Positions 35,404 to 47,220 of a stretch of DNA of 64,000 bases are shown here, piece by piece. How positions within the stretch are numbered: position 1 is the first letter of the stretch; every line of letters begins with the position of its first letter. The position numbers and the translations under genes are program-made. Where the stretch lies: contig NC_027220.1 in NCBI RefSeq assembly GCF_000981445.1, positions 1 to 64,000 of the forward strand. The letters are read 5' to 3'. The DNA comes from Babesia bigemina (taxonomy: Eukaryota). The notes beneath the pieces were generated by a model that searched no databases, had not been told where the DNA came from, and saw only the letters and a list, made by a program, of their open reading frames with translations.

Positions 35404-37368
35404 TCATGATTCGTTGACATTCGTGTCGTATGTGCATATGCTAACGTTACAATTTTGTCGGTCACCCCTCCCGACGTACTTGTCGTGCAACTTTGCGACC
35501 CAGTCGTAGAATTCCTTGTTTTGCTCGATGCGCGCAGCGAACGGCGTATTGTGGAAGTTCTTGCTGATTTGTGCAATCTTTTGGAATATGTTGATGACGA
35601 CCTTCTTGATAATGTAGGTAATCACTCTGGCGGGCACAAGCCTCACTTCTGGCATGATGTTTGCGTTTAGTTCGACGAGCGTGTGGTTCTTCATTGGATA
35701 TACGAGGAAGCAGAGATCTCCCGACCTTTGCCTGGTCTTGGGTGGCATCGGCTTGATGTCGACTCCCATGAGTTGGCATACACCATCTTTGCATGAGACG
35801 AAAGGCGAAGTGTCGTCGATTCCTCCATCTTTTAATATATTTTCGAGCTGCTCGACGTCCTGCTGCGACTCCGGCGGTGCTCTGCACGCCAGTATGAAGC
35901 AGCCGAACTCGTCCAGTGCGTTGACCGCCAAACCGAAGACGGTGGTCTGTTTAGCGCCAATTACAGGGTACTCGTATGTCTGACTGTAGAGTTTGGTCGT
36001 CTTGGAATAGACATGAACCTCCGTCGCTTCCTTGAGGAAGGGCACCCAGACCGAGGAGAGGTCCGTCTCGTTGATGACACACAGCACTCGCAGAAGGTCC
36101 GTAGCGAGTTTGCCCCTGACCTTGACGGAGACAGAGCCATTCTGCTCGAACCTGTAGAAGGTTTCCAGGGAGCCGTATGCCGACTTAATCCAACCGTCGG
36201 CGGTTTTGACCTTGTTCTTGCCAAAGTGCTGTCCAAACATGGTGTTTTTCCTTGACATGAACCTCGAGGCATATGACATGTATTTTGATACTTTCGCCTG
36301 TTTCGGTTTGGTCTCGCCGTCATTGCCTTTTGTCTTTGTTTTTTCGTCAGCTATCAGCACCACCTGTTTGGCGGGTGGGGATCGGCGCACCTGAGGTACT
36401 TCGCGGCATGTTTGCAGGTTCTCCGTGGCCAGTAGGCTTGCGTAATCCGCCTCGTAGGGTAGCCGTTCGGTGGTGAGAATAGAGGGGCACCTGGGGCTCT
36501 TGAGTTCGTATCCGGCGGTTTCGATGGCGGATGGCCAGAGCTTCGAAATGAAGTGCTGCTTGTAGTTGATGATGTGCGTCTTCATGTATACCATGTTGAA
36601 CTTGCTGAATATGTCGAGCACCAGCAGCTTCTCCGCCACGTTGTTGATGAAGCTCTTGTCGTTGGCAACAGCTTCGATTGCGTCGCGTATCGTCGTCGGC
36701 GTTTCCTTCGGGAGCCTCTCCACCACATTGACCAGTGGGTGCAAGGTCTCCAAGTCGTATGCATCGGGATCCCCGTATATCTCGTGCACCTTTCGTATCA
36801 TCTGTGAAATGATCTTGTCTGCGAGTATCACCTTGCTGTCGTCGATTGCCGTTTTGGCATATGATACGGAGTTTTCAACGAATATCTCCACTGCCCTCTC
36901 CGTGAGCCTTTCATCGCGCGGGTACTCGTCCAGCGTAATGGTGCGCGACTTGCTAAAGTTGTACTTGCCCTTGGCAGCGACGTCAATGTTCACTACCTTG
37001 CGTGCCAGGTCTATCACAATGGGTTCTACTTGCTGATCTACTACTGGCTCGTTATTAATCGCCTCTGGTTCCTCACGCTTCACTTCGTAATTGTTGGTCA
37101 GCTCCGACGTTTCCCTATCGCGCTTTACAGCCTCCCCCTCTCTGGGCTCACGCACTGCCGGCATTTCGTCGGCCGATACGTACTCCACATCCTCCATGAC
37201 GTCGTCATTCTGCTCTGAAATCTGGCAGTACCCGCCGAATAGCGCGTTCTTGAAGGGTACCGTTGCGCAGACAGCCTGCAGGAAGGAGCGGCCAAGCACA
37301 CTCATACAGGTGCCTTCCTTGTTATTTTGGCCCGTCTGCTCCGTCTTCTCAACGTTTTCGTCCGCCAT
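35404..37368 (-). CDS. START/SRPBCC-like lipid-binding domain protein (654 aa)
   Basis: The C-terminal half has 'DGWIK...ETFYR...SVKVRGKL...LLRVLCVINETDLSSVWVPFL' and ends in 'LVPARVITYIIKKV...FYDW', a START-like helix-grip pattern. Confidence 0.7.
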   Translation of the reverse strand: MADENVEKTEQTGQNNKEGTCMSVLGRSFLQAVCATVPFKNALFGGYCQISEQNDDVMEDVEYVSADEMPAVREPREGEAVKRDRETSELTNNYEVKREEPEAINNEPVVDQQVEPIVIDLARKVVNIDVAAKGKYNFSKSRTITLDEYPRDERLTERAVEIFVENSVSYAKTAIDDSKVILADKIISQMIRKVHEIYGDPDAYDLETLHPLVNVVERLPKETPTTIRDAIEAVANDKSFINNVAEKLLVLDIFSKFNMVYMKTHIINYKQHFISKLWPSAIETAGYELKSPRCPSILTTERLPYEADYASLLATENLQTCREVPQVRRSPPAKQVVLIADEKTKTKGNDGETKPKQAKVSKYMSYASRFMSRKNTMFGQHFGKNKVKTADGWIKSAYGSLETFYRFEQNGSVSVKVRGKLATDLLRVLCVINETDLSSVWVPFLKEATEVHVYSKTTKLYSQTYEYPVIGAKQTTVFGLAVNALDEFGCFILACRAPPESQQDVEQLENILKDGGIDDTSPFVSCKDGVCQLMGVDIKPMPPKTRQRSGDLCFLVYPMKNHTLVELNANIMPEVRLVPARVITYIIKKVVINIFQKIAQISKNFHNTPFAARIEQNKEFYDWVAKLHDKYVGRGDRQNCNVSICTYDTNVNES

Positions 37369-37703
37369 TTCGCCCGAATCTCGCTTTACACAGTACTGAG
37401 ATGCGTGTTACGAGTGTGCGCGCGTGTATACCGCTGCCGTGTCTATTTTACAGCGTCGCAGCTTCGCGGTCGGCAGGAACATCCAAGTTTCCTTCCCTGC
37501 TGCGCGTATAAATATTATGATGAAAATAACGAGTCGCTTGTGTGCAGGCGGATAGAATGCGTGGTGCGCACATGGTGACATCACCCAGACGCCCCCGGTT
37601 CCGGCTATTGTCGAGGGCGTCTTTACTGGGGCATCACCATGTCTACGTATACAATATAGCTGTTGCTAGGTGTTAGCACATGTGTTAGAGATTTTCACGC
37701 GGT

Positions 37704-40216
37704 CTATGTGCTCTTCTTCATCTTCCCGTCCTAAGGCGTAATGTGCTGTCATTGACGGCGTGTAACTCACCGGTATGCTGATGAGTATCAACCCTCCTTC
37801 CGCTGCGATTTGGTCCACAATATAGTATCCGCGCCTTTCAAGCTGCACGATGGAACCTGCGATGTTGTGTTGTCGTTTATTTGTCGCCTACCTCTGGGCA
37901 GTGCCGCGAGCTGTCTGTCCGCCAGGCACGGCGTGCTCCACTCCGTGACCGGTTCGAGGAAGTTCCTCATGTCGTCAGGCTCTGCGAGCTGCTCAGGGTC
38001 GATTTTGTCAACGGCGAGAATATCTCCGTACTGCTTGAGCGTACACTTGACGAGCTGCGTGTGATGTTAGTGCGCAATTTTGTGGATGCAAATTCACCAC
38101 TGCCGTTGCACAACACATAAAACAACACAGGTTGGCAACCAATGGGCCCCCGTAACCCACGATCGGTTGTTTTAAGCGACCGCGCCAAACTCGGCCCTAA
38201 CTGCTTCTACCCACTGATTTGCACACCCACCTTGTCGTCGTCCTTAGGCAACCAGTGCAGCTTTTTCTTCGTCTTCCTGAAGTCGCCGTCCGGGTTAAGC
38301 TGCGCGTGCAAAGACGGCGTGGATACGATCGCATTCCCCCAGCGCATGAGCGTGATTTCCTCGCCGTCAGCGATTTCATCTGCGTCAACGCGATCCAACA
38401 GCACCGTTGGCGCAAACCACAGGTCACACTCGCCCATGGATGGGTCCTTGGGGTGCAGGTTGCGCTTAGCTGGCGGCAGCGTGACATCGTTGAAGTTGTC
38501 GAGCTTGAGCTCAACGGCGTCAACTCCCACAGCCGCAAACCTGGGCACTATCGGGTCGATGACTTGTTTGTTTTTAGCCCAGAGCTTGTCCCATTCCATG
38601 AGGTTGACTGCCTTTGACGGCCCCAGTTCTAGTATGAACTCGAGCAGCGCCTTCAGCGTGAGCCCCTTGCGCATAATACCTCTAACCGTTGGCATCCTGG
38701 GGTCATCCCACCCGTTAACGACTCCGTTGTCGACAAACCACTGCAACTTGCGTTTTGATAGTATGGTTTTGACGAAGTTAAGCCTGCTGAACTCGTATAT
38801 TTCCACGGGGCGTAGCTGGCACTTTTCGATGAACCAGTTGTACTGCGGAATCCTGGCGGAATATTCGTTTGACCTGAGCGCATGCGTGACTCCTTCTATC
38901 GAGTCGACGATTGGGCATGCGAAATCGTATGTCGGGAACGCTTTGTACTTGTCCCCCTGCCTGTTGTGGTGCGCGTCCGCAATGCATCGGTATATCACGG
39001 GATCCCTCAGGCACTTGTTGGTGTGCGTCATGTCGATTTTTGCCCTTAGGCAGTACGTCATTCCCTTCTCCGAACCCTGCAATCCTGTCAAGCGCACAAA
39101 AGCTGATTTACCTTTAGCATCTCTTCGAAGTTGGCGATATTGGTCTCCACACTGAGATTTCTGCAGGCCGACTCGATCCCCTCCGTTCTTTGGTGGCGCA
39201 TGGTGTTGACGTCCGTGTCATCACAGTATGCGAGATCTGTCACGTTCTATTGCGCACTTCCATCCGCACCCACCTGATTTGATAAGCTTGAATGCATAGT
39301 CCTGCATGAGCTCGAAGTAGTCAGAGGTGTAACTGGTGGAGCTGAAGGCAACCCCCAACGTCTGTAGGTCCTCCTTGATGGTTTCCTCGTACTCAAGCTT
39401 CTCCTTGACCGGGTTGGTGTCGTCAAAGCGCAGTAGCAGCTTGCCGTTGTACTGCTTTGCGAAGTAATCGTTGAGCAGTGCGGCCTTGGTGTGCCCGATG
39501 TGCAGGTACCCCGAGGGCTCCGGTGCGAATCTTACGACAACCTTGCCCTGCTCTGCGTTCTTCAGAGCATCTGCATATTCTGTGCGTTTCGTGCAACCCG
39601 TGACGGCACCTTTGTATGAGTTATCAATTTGCTGTTCCTTGGTGAAGGGCTTCTTCTCCACCTGCGGGACGTTCTTGCGCTGAATGTCCGACACGGCTTG
39701 CTGCACCCCCGGAATGGCTATGATATAGTTGTACCACCTCTGGACGTGCGGCACTTTTGCGAGTTCCTTGCAGACGGCCTTTGCGTTTGAGAGTGCCGCA
39801 AACTGCAGCACGTCCACCACCGTCATGCGGTATCCGATGAGGAACGTGCGCGTGGCAAGGTGCGTGTTCATCTTGTTGTAGTACTGCCACAAATCGGCAA
39901 CGGGCGTCTTCGGCGTCGCGGAATGCAGCGTAACGTAGTTAATCCACTGATCCAGACTGGCCGAGCTGTCGATGTACAGCATGCGCTTGCAGCTGGGTAT
40001 GCGCAGACACAGCTCCCTGAGCAGCTGCGGCTCCTGCAGCTTGGCCTTTTCGAGCAGGTAGGTCCCTGGCTCGATAGCCTTGCCCGCTTCGAACGCTATG
40101 GGTGACTCGTTCGCTTTTGAGAACCGCTTGGCGATCGCCGCCAGCACGATGGCACCGTAGGGCGTTTCCCTTGGCGCGTGTACTACGGTCACGGCATCCC
40201 TGGTAGTCTCGGCCAT
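37704..40216 (-). CDS. Cytosolic glutamyl-tRNA synthetase with N-terminal GST-like domain, multi-exon
   Basis: Motifs [14 protein letters not shown] (HIGH), [17 protein letters not shown] [41 protein letters not shown] and QLERRGYY. The last exon DGKMKKST stops at 37704. The GST-like part reads [18 protein letters not shown]...HVQRWY. Confidence 0.95.
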
Positions 40217-40778
40217 TTGGGCGTCAGTATTTGTCCTAGGGTCCCTCAGTACACCTTATAGCGCGCGCGTGACGGTCTTAGACGCGTTAGTGACGTTATC
40301 TAAGCTCTCCGGTGTGTAGCGTGCGGTTTCACTTCATGATTGGCGGCTGCCAGCCGTAAATTTTGGTCTTCTGCTTTCCAGATTGCACCGTGAACTCCGG
40401 ACGAGATTCCCAGATTATTGTTCACAAATTCCCAGTGGCAGTTGGAGCTCAGTGTTTCCGTTAACGGCGCAGGGTGGGGACTTGCTGCTACACATACGGC
40501 AGCTGCGTCGAGGTCGCGTTTGCCACCCTATGGCGGCATACTGTTTTATTATGAGTTTTGGTTGTCTTATGTGGTTCACGGGCCGAATGTGCGAGCGCCG
40601 GTCATATGTGTCTTGGTTTTGTCGCTCCGTTACCGGCATATGGTAACCTGCCGCTTAGGCGCCTCGCCGCTGTAACATAGGATATCCGCCATAATAACAC
40701 CCGAAGAGTTATGCCACAAGGCTGCCGCGAGTTTGCTAATGGTCGTATCTCACGCGTGATTTTTTTTCCTTAGGAAGG

Positions 40779-41009
40779 ATGGGTTTTTCATTTTTGCACC
40801 TCGTGGAGGCCGTTGTGCTTGTTTTCAATGCCATGGGCATTTTGAACGAGCGTCGCGTGCTGAAACCGCTCGGTCTTGACAAGCCTACGAACGTGAATTC
40901 GATAAAGAACCACATTTCTGTGGTGTTTTTCACGGTTCGCACCTATTTGCGTGCGTTTCTGATCATTTTTAATTTGCTTCTGATCTTCCTGGAGTTGGTG
41001 ATAGGATAA
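40779..41009 (+). CDS. Yos1/IER3IP1-like ER-Golgi membrane protein
   Basis: 76 aa with two TM segments: 'EAVVLVFNAMGILNERRVLKPLG...SIKNHI...VRTYLRAFLIIFN...LELVIG' (Yos1 signature NA.aiLnE.RfL). Confidence 0.9.
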   Translation: MGFSFLHLVEAVVLVFNAMGILNERRVLKPLGLDKPTNVNSIKNHISVVFFTVRTYLRAFLIIFNLLLIFLELVIG

Positions 41010-41223
41010 CCTGGCCGTCGATTGGTCAATAGCTGCTGGAATCACGCGCTTTCAGGCACTTGGGATACTCTCAACTCATCACGATCGTGTCTGGCACTCG
41101 GGTGAGGTACGCTCGCAAAACGAACACGAAGCTATCGTGAAGGTACAAAGCCTACTTCGATTGCTGTGGCAGCTGACCCATACCTTCAATGCATATGAAT
41201 CGCATTTGACGATCTACGTTGGG

Positions 41224-43801
41224 ATGCTGGTTGAGCACGTGTGGCGGTGCTTAACTCGGCAGCAAAGGCAGACGTTAGTAACTCTACGCAAGGCGCTCAA
41301 AGCACCGTTATGTGAATTATCCTCCTGCATGAATGAGCCACCTGCGCACTTTGCTACACCGTACATACGCACTATTTCGGAGGGTGTTGGAGCGTCTGAG
41401 CGCCGGTAATCTGCTTCGTATGTCATGAAGGCAAGGGTTGCCCTCTCGGCATCCCCCGGAGTCAGGAGCGCAGATGTCGAATCGCGAGCATTATCGGTCA
41501 CTTCGCCGCCTGAAGCGCCGCTGAGTGAGTCGTTTACGGTGCAGAAGGTCCTGCTCATCCTCGGCGGCCATGACGGCTCCCCCCTGTTCACCCAAGTGTC
41601 ACCTCATCTGGACTCGAGAGAACGGGTCGGTCAAATTCCCGAATTGCTGAGGGTATCCGTCGGACTGCAAATCGCCCATTTGTCGCCGGGTGCAGTCCGC
41701 AACAGCCTGGACGTGTTCTCTCACTACGGGTCGTGCACGCTATTGCTATCCCGGCTGTTGAACGCCCTGTCAGAATCTGGATATGACAGCAACGAGGTTT
41801 CCTCGGGCGCACCGTTGGCACCATCTCTTGCATGTCTGTTAAAGTCACCCTCACGTCATGGTACGAAGTCGCGGAGTCTCTTCAATTGGTCCTGGCCCGT
41901 TTGGGTCCCGGGTCTTTGTGATGGCCTGCATACCATATGGAATGAATGGTGCTGGATCCTGTCATCGTTGCATCGGCGATTTGTTTCGTCTCTCTATCGG
42001 GAGTTTTGTGGAGTCGAGGCACTTCCCGATCCTAACCACTCAGCAGCGTTGTCGGTGTGTCATCTGATGCCGGCCGACAGCAAATCACCGTTTTTAACAT
42101 CGTACCTCGAGCGCTGCAGAGTTTGCCCCAATTTCGGGTCAGATGTGGAAGGCCATGAATCCGGCGCGGGGGGAGTATCGGAGTTCAAGGTCACCCTGCT
42201 GAATCTGTATTACCACCTCCGCCCATTTTTGTCGATGCTTGAGGACGTGGTTGGCTTCTTGGAGTCAATTTTGAACTATATGGACACGCATGCGCTCAAC
42301 ATCGGCTCTCTATATCGCGTGTCTTTCATGTTCCTGTTGCTGCATCTGCGGAGGTCCGAGGACCGCCAGGACGATGCGCTGGCGTCGCTTTGGCGGTTTT
42401 TGCTGCGCCACACTCTGAGCCAATGCAATATCCCGCACTCTCTCGGCGCCACCGCTAGCGTGGTTCCGGGAGACATATCATGGGCATGCCTGGGAGCGCC
42501 TCTCCACGCTCTGCGTCGCGTGCGTGACAGCCTGGAGCAACTCGGTCAGCACAAGCTGCTGTCTGAATCGAGCAACATCTCCGATGATCTATACCGGCAG
42601 TCAGATGCCTTTGAACCAACTGATGACACGGCAGATCGCATCTTGAACAAGTTGAATGACTGCATAACCCAATTGGTGAGCGGCTCCATAGTTGCACTGC
42701 GCTCCGTGCTGGAGGATCGCCACAACCTGACAGCCCACCTGTCATTTCTGAGCGGGTTTTGCTGTCTAAGGGTGAGTCCACCATCGTTACAAGTGACGCC
42801 TTTGCAGTTCGGCGACTGCCTGGATTCTGTGTTCGAGTTCGTCTGCCGACCGCGTGTCCCTCTGAACTACCAGTCGCGGTTGAAGTCGGTGCTGGTGGAG
42901 GGCACGGTGCAGTGGCAGCAAGTTGTGGACGTCAAAGGCGTGCCAGTGGTAAGCAGTTAGCGTGATTTACGGTGATGTTATGTCGCAGCTGTCCACCGAC
43001 CAGGTGGTTTCTCTGGTGAACCGTTTCGAGTACCTGCTGAAGGAGGACGCCTGGGCGCCCATCATCGAGTTGAAGGTAATTTTTGTCGTTCACAGCTTAG
43101 TAACACATCAACAGGTACTCGGCGGCAGCCCGTGTGCGTTGTCAAGCTTCCTATCGGATCGCGTGATGGCGCATTACTCGTCCATTCTGCGGCATCTGCT
43201 ATCGTTCCAGCTGCTCTTCGGCGAAGTAAAACAGCTAGTGCAGCTTACATTGCGCGGCAGCGGGTCAGTGTGCGGCTTTTTCGTGCCGCGCGCCACCACC
43301 CTGCTGCTGCATGTCTGCTTCGCTCTGGACCATTACTACCGGTGGGTGGTTGCCTCTGCATGGTCCGAGCTGCTGCGTCGCTTATCCGCGTGCGCCACAG
43401 TTTCGGAGATGTCTGCCGTGCACGAGAGCTACGTCGAGTTCCTCCTGGAGTGCCTGCTGGTGACCCCCGAGTGCGCTTCGGAACCTCCCGCCTGCCGGAT
43501 AAACCCGCTGTTCAGCGAGTCGCTGTTCCTGATCCGCCGCTGCGCGTCCGAGTTTCTGCGCATCTGCACGTCTGAGCTGGACGATGCCGGCGATGAGCTA
43601 GGGCTGGTGTACATGGTGCTGCAGTCGGAAGTTGGCCGTCTGAAGTGCACCTTAAACGTGCTCTCGAGCCACGTGCTGCCAGACGTGCCGGAGTTCGGCG
43701 AATCCGAGCACGAGCTGCTTTCTTTGGCGCTGCGACACCGCGTCAACCTTAACTCTGCAGCCTGCCGCGCGGTGTCCGTGCTCCAGCGCCTTCTGCGATG
43801 A
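41224..43801 (+). CDS. Gamma-tubulin complex component (Spc97/Spc98 GCP family), divergent, multi-exon
   Basis: Exons join in frame via short introns (41406-41435; ~42949-42988). A GRIP2-like C-terminal motif is present: 'ALDHYYRWVVASAWSELLRRLSACATVSEMSAVHESYVEFLLECLL'. Confidence 0.55.
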
Positions 43802-44017
43802 CCGCGCCGAGTCTTCTGCGCAGCACGTGAGCCGTGTCGGTAGACACTGTATAATGCAAAAGTAATGCCTATAATTTCGTTGCTGTGTAGCTGCCGAGGT
43901 GGTGTGTGTGGCAGGTGTTCGTCGAGTGTGTCCGACGTCGCCGCGCTTCGCAGCAACCCGCTGCGAGAGTCGGTTTTGACAGGCTGTTGAGCCATTTTAT
44001 ACCCGTTGCGCCGACCG

Positions 44018-45053
44018 ATGTCACGCCAAGGAGCCGCCAGGGCGCCTCCGCCGAGGAACTTCACCCAGCTGCGCCCCGTCGGTAGGTGCCGTCATCCGTT
44101 GCCACTTGCGTGATTGTTTCATGCGCGTCTTCCGTGCATCATAGTCATTCAGGGTTCGACGTCGGCGTGTCCTGCTCCGCCGCGGGGTCAAGTTACGTCA
44201 CCGTGGGCGACACCAAGGTGAAGTGCTGCGTGAACGCGCCGCGTCCGTGCGGCCGTCGCGTGTTCGACGAGCGCGGCCTGCTGACCATCGATGTGCGTTT
44301 CAGCCGCCCCGAGTTGCGTCGCAGCTGCTCTTTCGACGTGTGTTCCGTGCTGTCGGATGTGTTCGAGCGTCATCTGCTGCTGCGTCGTTACCCGCACCAG
44401 CTGATCGAGGCGTGGATAACCATTGAGGAGGACGCCGGCGGGCTGTTCTGCGCCTGCATTACCGGGCTGTGCATCGCGTTCGCCGATGGCGGCATTCAAA
44501 TGCCGGACATTATATCGGCCGCTTCCGCGGTGAGTGGCGGCGCCCAACCTGGCTAATTGAGTTCAGTATGCCTTCCGCGACCCCCAAGGAAGCCTGACGG
44601 TGGCTCTGGATTTGAGTGATGAGGTAAGTATGGACTAACGTGTAAGCGCTCCGCAATGCGCCCCTTTCTGACAACCCCCGCCGAGCGGTTCGAGAGTGAC
44701 TACAATGCCCATCGTGCCCCCTTCGTTGATCGAGCTCACCGTTTTCAGGAGGCGTCATACTACGGGCAAATCGACCCCGGTCTCACCAAGCTGCACCTGG
44801 CGTACTGCCCGAACATGAACACCATAGCGTGTCTGCTGCAATCGGGGGAGCACGCGGATTCCGCGGTGCTCAACAAGGTTGGTTTACATGCGTTATGCCA
44901 ACTAAGGCTCAGATGCTAACGATGGCACAAGCCGCGTGCGGCGTGATCACCGCGGAGATGCAGGCGTCGCTGCAGGACTACGTGGAGTGGGTCCAGGAGC
45001 GCAACCACGACGCGGCGCCGGCCGTGGGCCACTACTCGGAGCTCACGCCGTAG
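44018..45053 (+). CDS. Exosome RNase PH-domain subunit (Rrp41/Mtr3-like), multi-exon
   Basis: MSRQ...RNFTQLRP, then 'AAGSSYVTVGDTKVKCCVNAPR', 'RYPHQLIEAWITIEEDAGG', 'AFADGGIQMPD' and 'LHLAYCPNMNTIACLLQSG...AQAAC'. Confidence 0.85.
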
Positions 45054-45564
45054 ATGCGCCCCGCCGCCACACACATCGCACAACGACACGTGCAGCGACC
45101 GTCACAACCCCTAATGACCTGTCCATCGCACTTATAGCCCCTCACTGGTAATGTGTTGGCCGCCGCCAGCGCTTTTAACGTGACGCAGGCGGCACCGCCG
45201 TCACACCCTCGCCGGCTGCCGCGACCTTCCGCTAGAGCGGGATACCATTCGCGGTATTTGCGTGTATAGCGCCGCCTCTGCCGGCGCCGCGAGGCCGGGT
45301 TTCTATATGGTACCATGGGGGTGAGCGCCACCGCGGTGGGGAGCGGCGGCCGAGCCCCCATGCCGGAATCGGCTCCCGGCCGCTGTTTTAAACGATACAG
45401 CTACGGCGTTCGGTATTTCGAATTGCCCTTTTATACAAGCGCTCGTGTGGTGTTTGTAGTCTTCGCGGGCGTCGGTTTCCGCGTGGAGTGCTGCTCGGTT
45501 CGGGCGGCTCCGTGAATTTGGTCCTTTTGTCTTACGCGGTGACCCGTGCTTCGTTGGTTTCAAG

Positions 45565-46504
45565 ATGGGTCGTATTATTAGAGGTATGTTTTCGCTGCGT
45601 GTGGTTGTGTCGCGGTCTCGGCAGTCGCGTGTCGCCGTCCCGTCTGACCCACTGTCGGTGACGACGCCCGGCGAGTTCACTGCGGAATTTGCCATTGTGA
45701 TGCGTGTGCCTCACATTTGTATTCGACAGTTCTGATTGCTTTTCAGGTCAGCGTAAGGGTCGCGGCTCTGTGTTCAAGTCGCACGTGCACCTTCGCAAGG
45801 GCGCCGCCAGGCTGCGCAGGTTCGACTACGCCGAGAACCATGGGTACATCCGTGGTGTGGTGAAGGACATCATCCACGACCCCGGTCGTGGTGCTCCTAT
45901 GGTGAAGATCGACTTCCGCAACGCGTACAAGTACGGCACTGACCACGAGCACATGGTGGCTGTGGAGGGCATGTACACTGGCCAGTACGTTTACTTCGGT
46001 CGCGAGGCTCGCCTTTCCATCGGCAACTGCCTTCCCGTGGGCAAGATGCCCGAGGGTACCATCATTTCGAGTTTGGAGGAGAAGCGCGGCGACCGTGGGC
46101 GCCTCGCCAAGGCGTCTGGCACCTACGCCACTGTGATCGGACACTCTGACGACGGCAAGATGACCAGGGTGCGTCTGCCCTCCGGTGCTCGTAAGAGCGT
46201 GGAATCTGCGTCTCGTGCCATTGTGGGTTTGGTGGCTGGTGGTGGTCGTATCGACAAGCCGCTGTTGAAGGCCGGTACCGCGTACTTCAAGTTCAAGGCT
46301 AAGCGCAACTGCTGGCCGCGCGTGCGTGGTGTGACGATGAACCCTGTGGACCACCCGCACGGTGGTGGTAACCACCAGCACATTGGTAAGCCCAGCACTG
46401 TGTCCCGTGGTGCTCCTCCAGGTCAGAAGGTCGGTCTCATCGCCGCGCGCAGGACTGGTCTTTTGCGTGGTGGTAAGAAGAAGAAGTTCAGGAACGAGTC
46501 TTGA
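45565..46504 (+). CDS. RPL8: 60S ribosomal protein L8/L2 (uL2)
   Basis: Exon 1 MGRIIR (45565-45583), intron 45584-45746, then [10 protein letters not shown]...IHDPGRGAP...[25 protein letters not shown]. Confidence 0.97.
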
Positions 46505-47220
46505 GCTTGTTGCTAACTTGCTACCTAATCTGGTTATCGTTTCGGTGGTTGTGCCTTGTATGCGTTGGCCTGGCGCGCCTGCTCAAATGGCGTGAGTGTA
46601 TGCACCATTATTGTGCCGTGCGGAAACAAATGTTAGCTTGATACAAGCGCTTTCGGTCTGAGGGGATGACCTCAGGTGGGTATGTAATGCAGTTAAGCGG
46701 CTTGCACTCTACCGTATTGGCTGCCGTGACAGTAACGCGATCCTTTGACAGGGTTAGCTGCTCACACGAGACCGTTGTGAGCACATACGTCGCTAACGTG
46801 TCAGTGGTCGCTGGCGATGGCGTTGTACTTGGCTATTGCAGACTGCGTGGCCACAACAGCCACTCCGCTTTACACATACGCGCTATATGGCTATATCCGC
46901 GTGCCCTAAATGTACACTAACGCTATTAGGACCCTATCGGTGGCTCTGACGAGCCTGAGTCGCTGCGGAGCTATTCGTGTCCTTCGGAGGTGTGTGGCAC
47001 TGGCACGTATATTTGGCACGGATGTACTCCAACGGGAACACCGACGCTTTGATTTCATAAAGCGCCATTTTTATTGACTGAATTAGAGACTCGGACTACT
47101 CTTTATCTAGATTTGGATGCTCGCTAGCGTGCACCTTCAGTGCGGCTGCTGCCGGACGTTTGGCGGCTTCTAGGTCACGCACGACTCATATCGCTTGAGT
47201 TGAGGGGATTATTGGCGAAC

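Noticed and set aside
37570..37642. SECIS interpretation of the hairpin (GUGA...AAA...GA on the minus strand)
   Set aside because: The helix between the quartet and the AAA is too short, the upstream GluRS ends in TAG with no in-frame UGA seen, and piroplasms are not known to use selenocysteine.
45743..46398. Minus-strand ORFs over RPL8
   Set aside because: These are shadow ORFs produced by biased codon usage.
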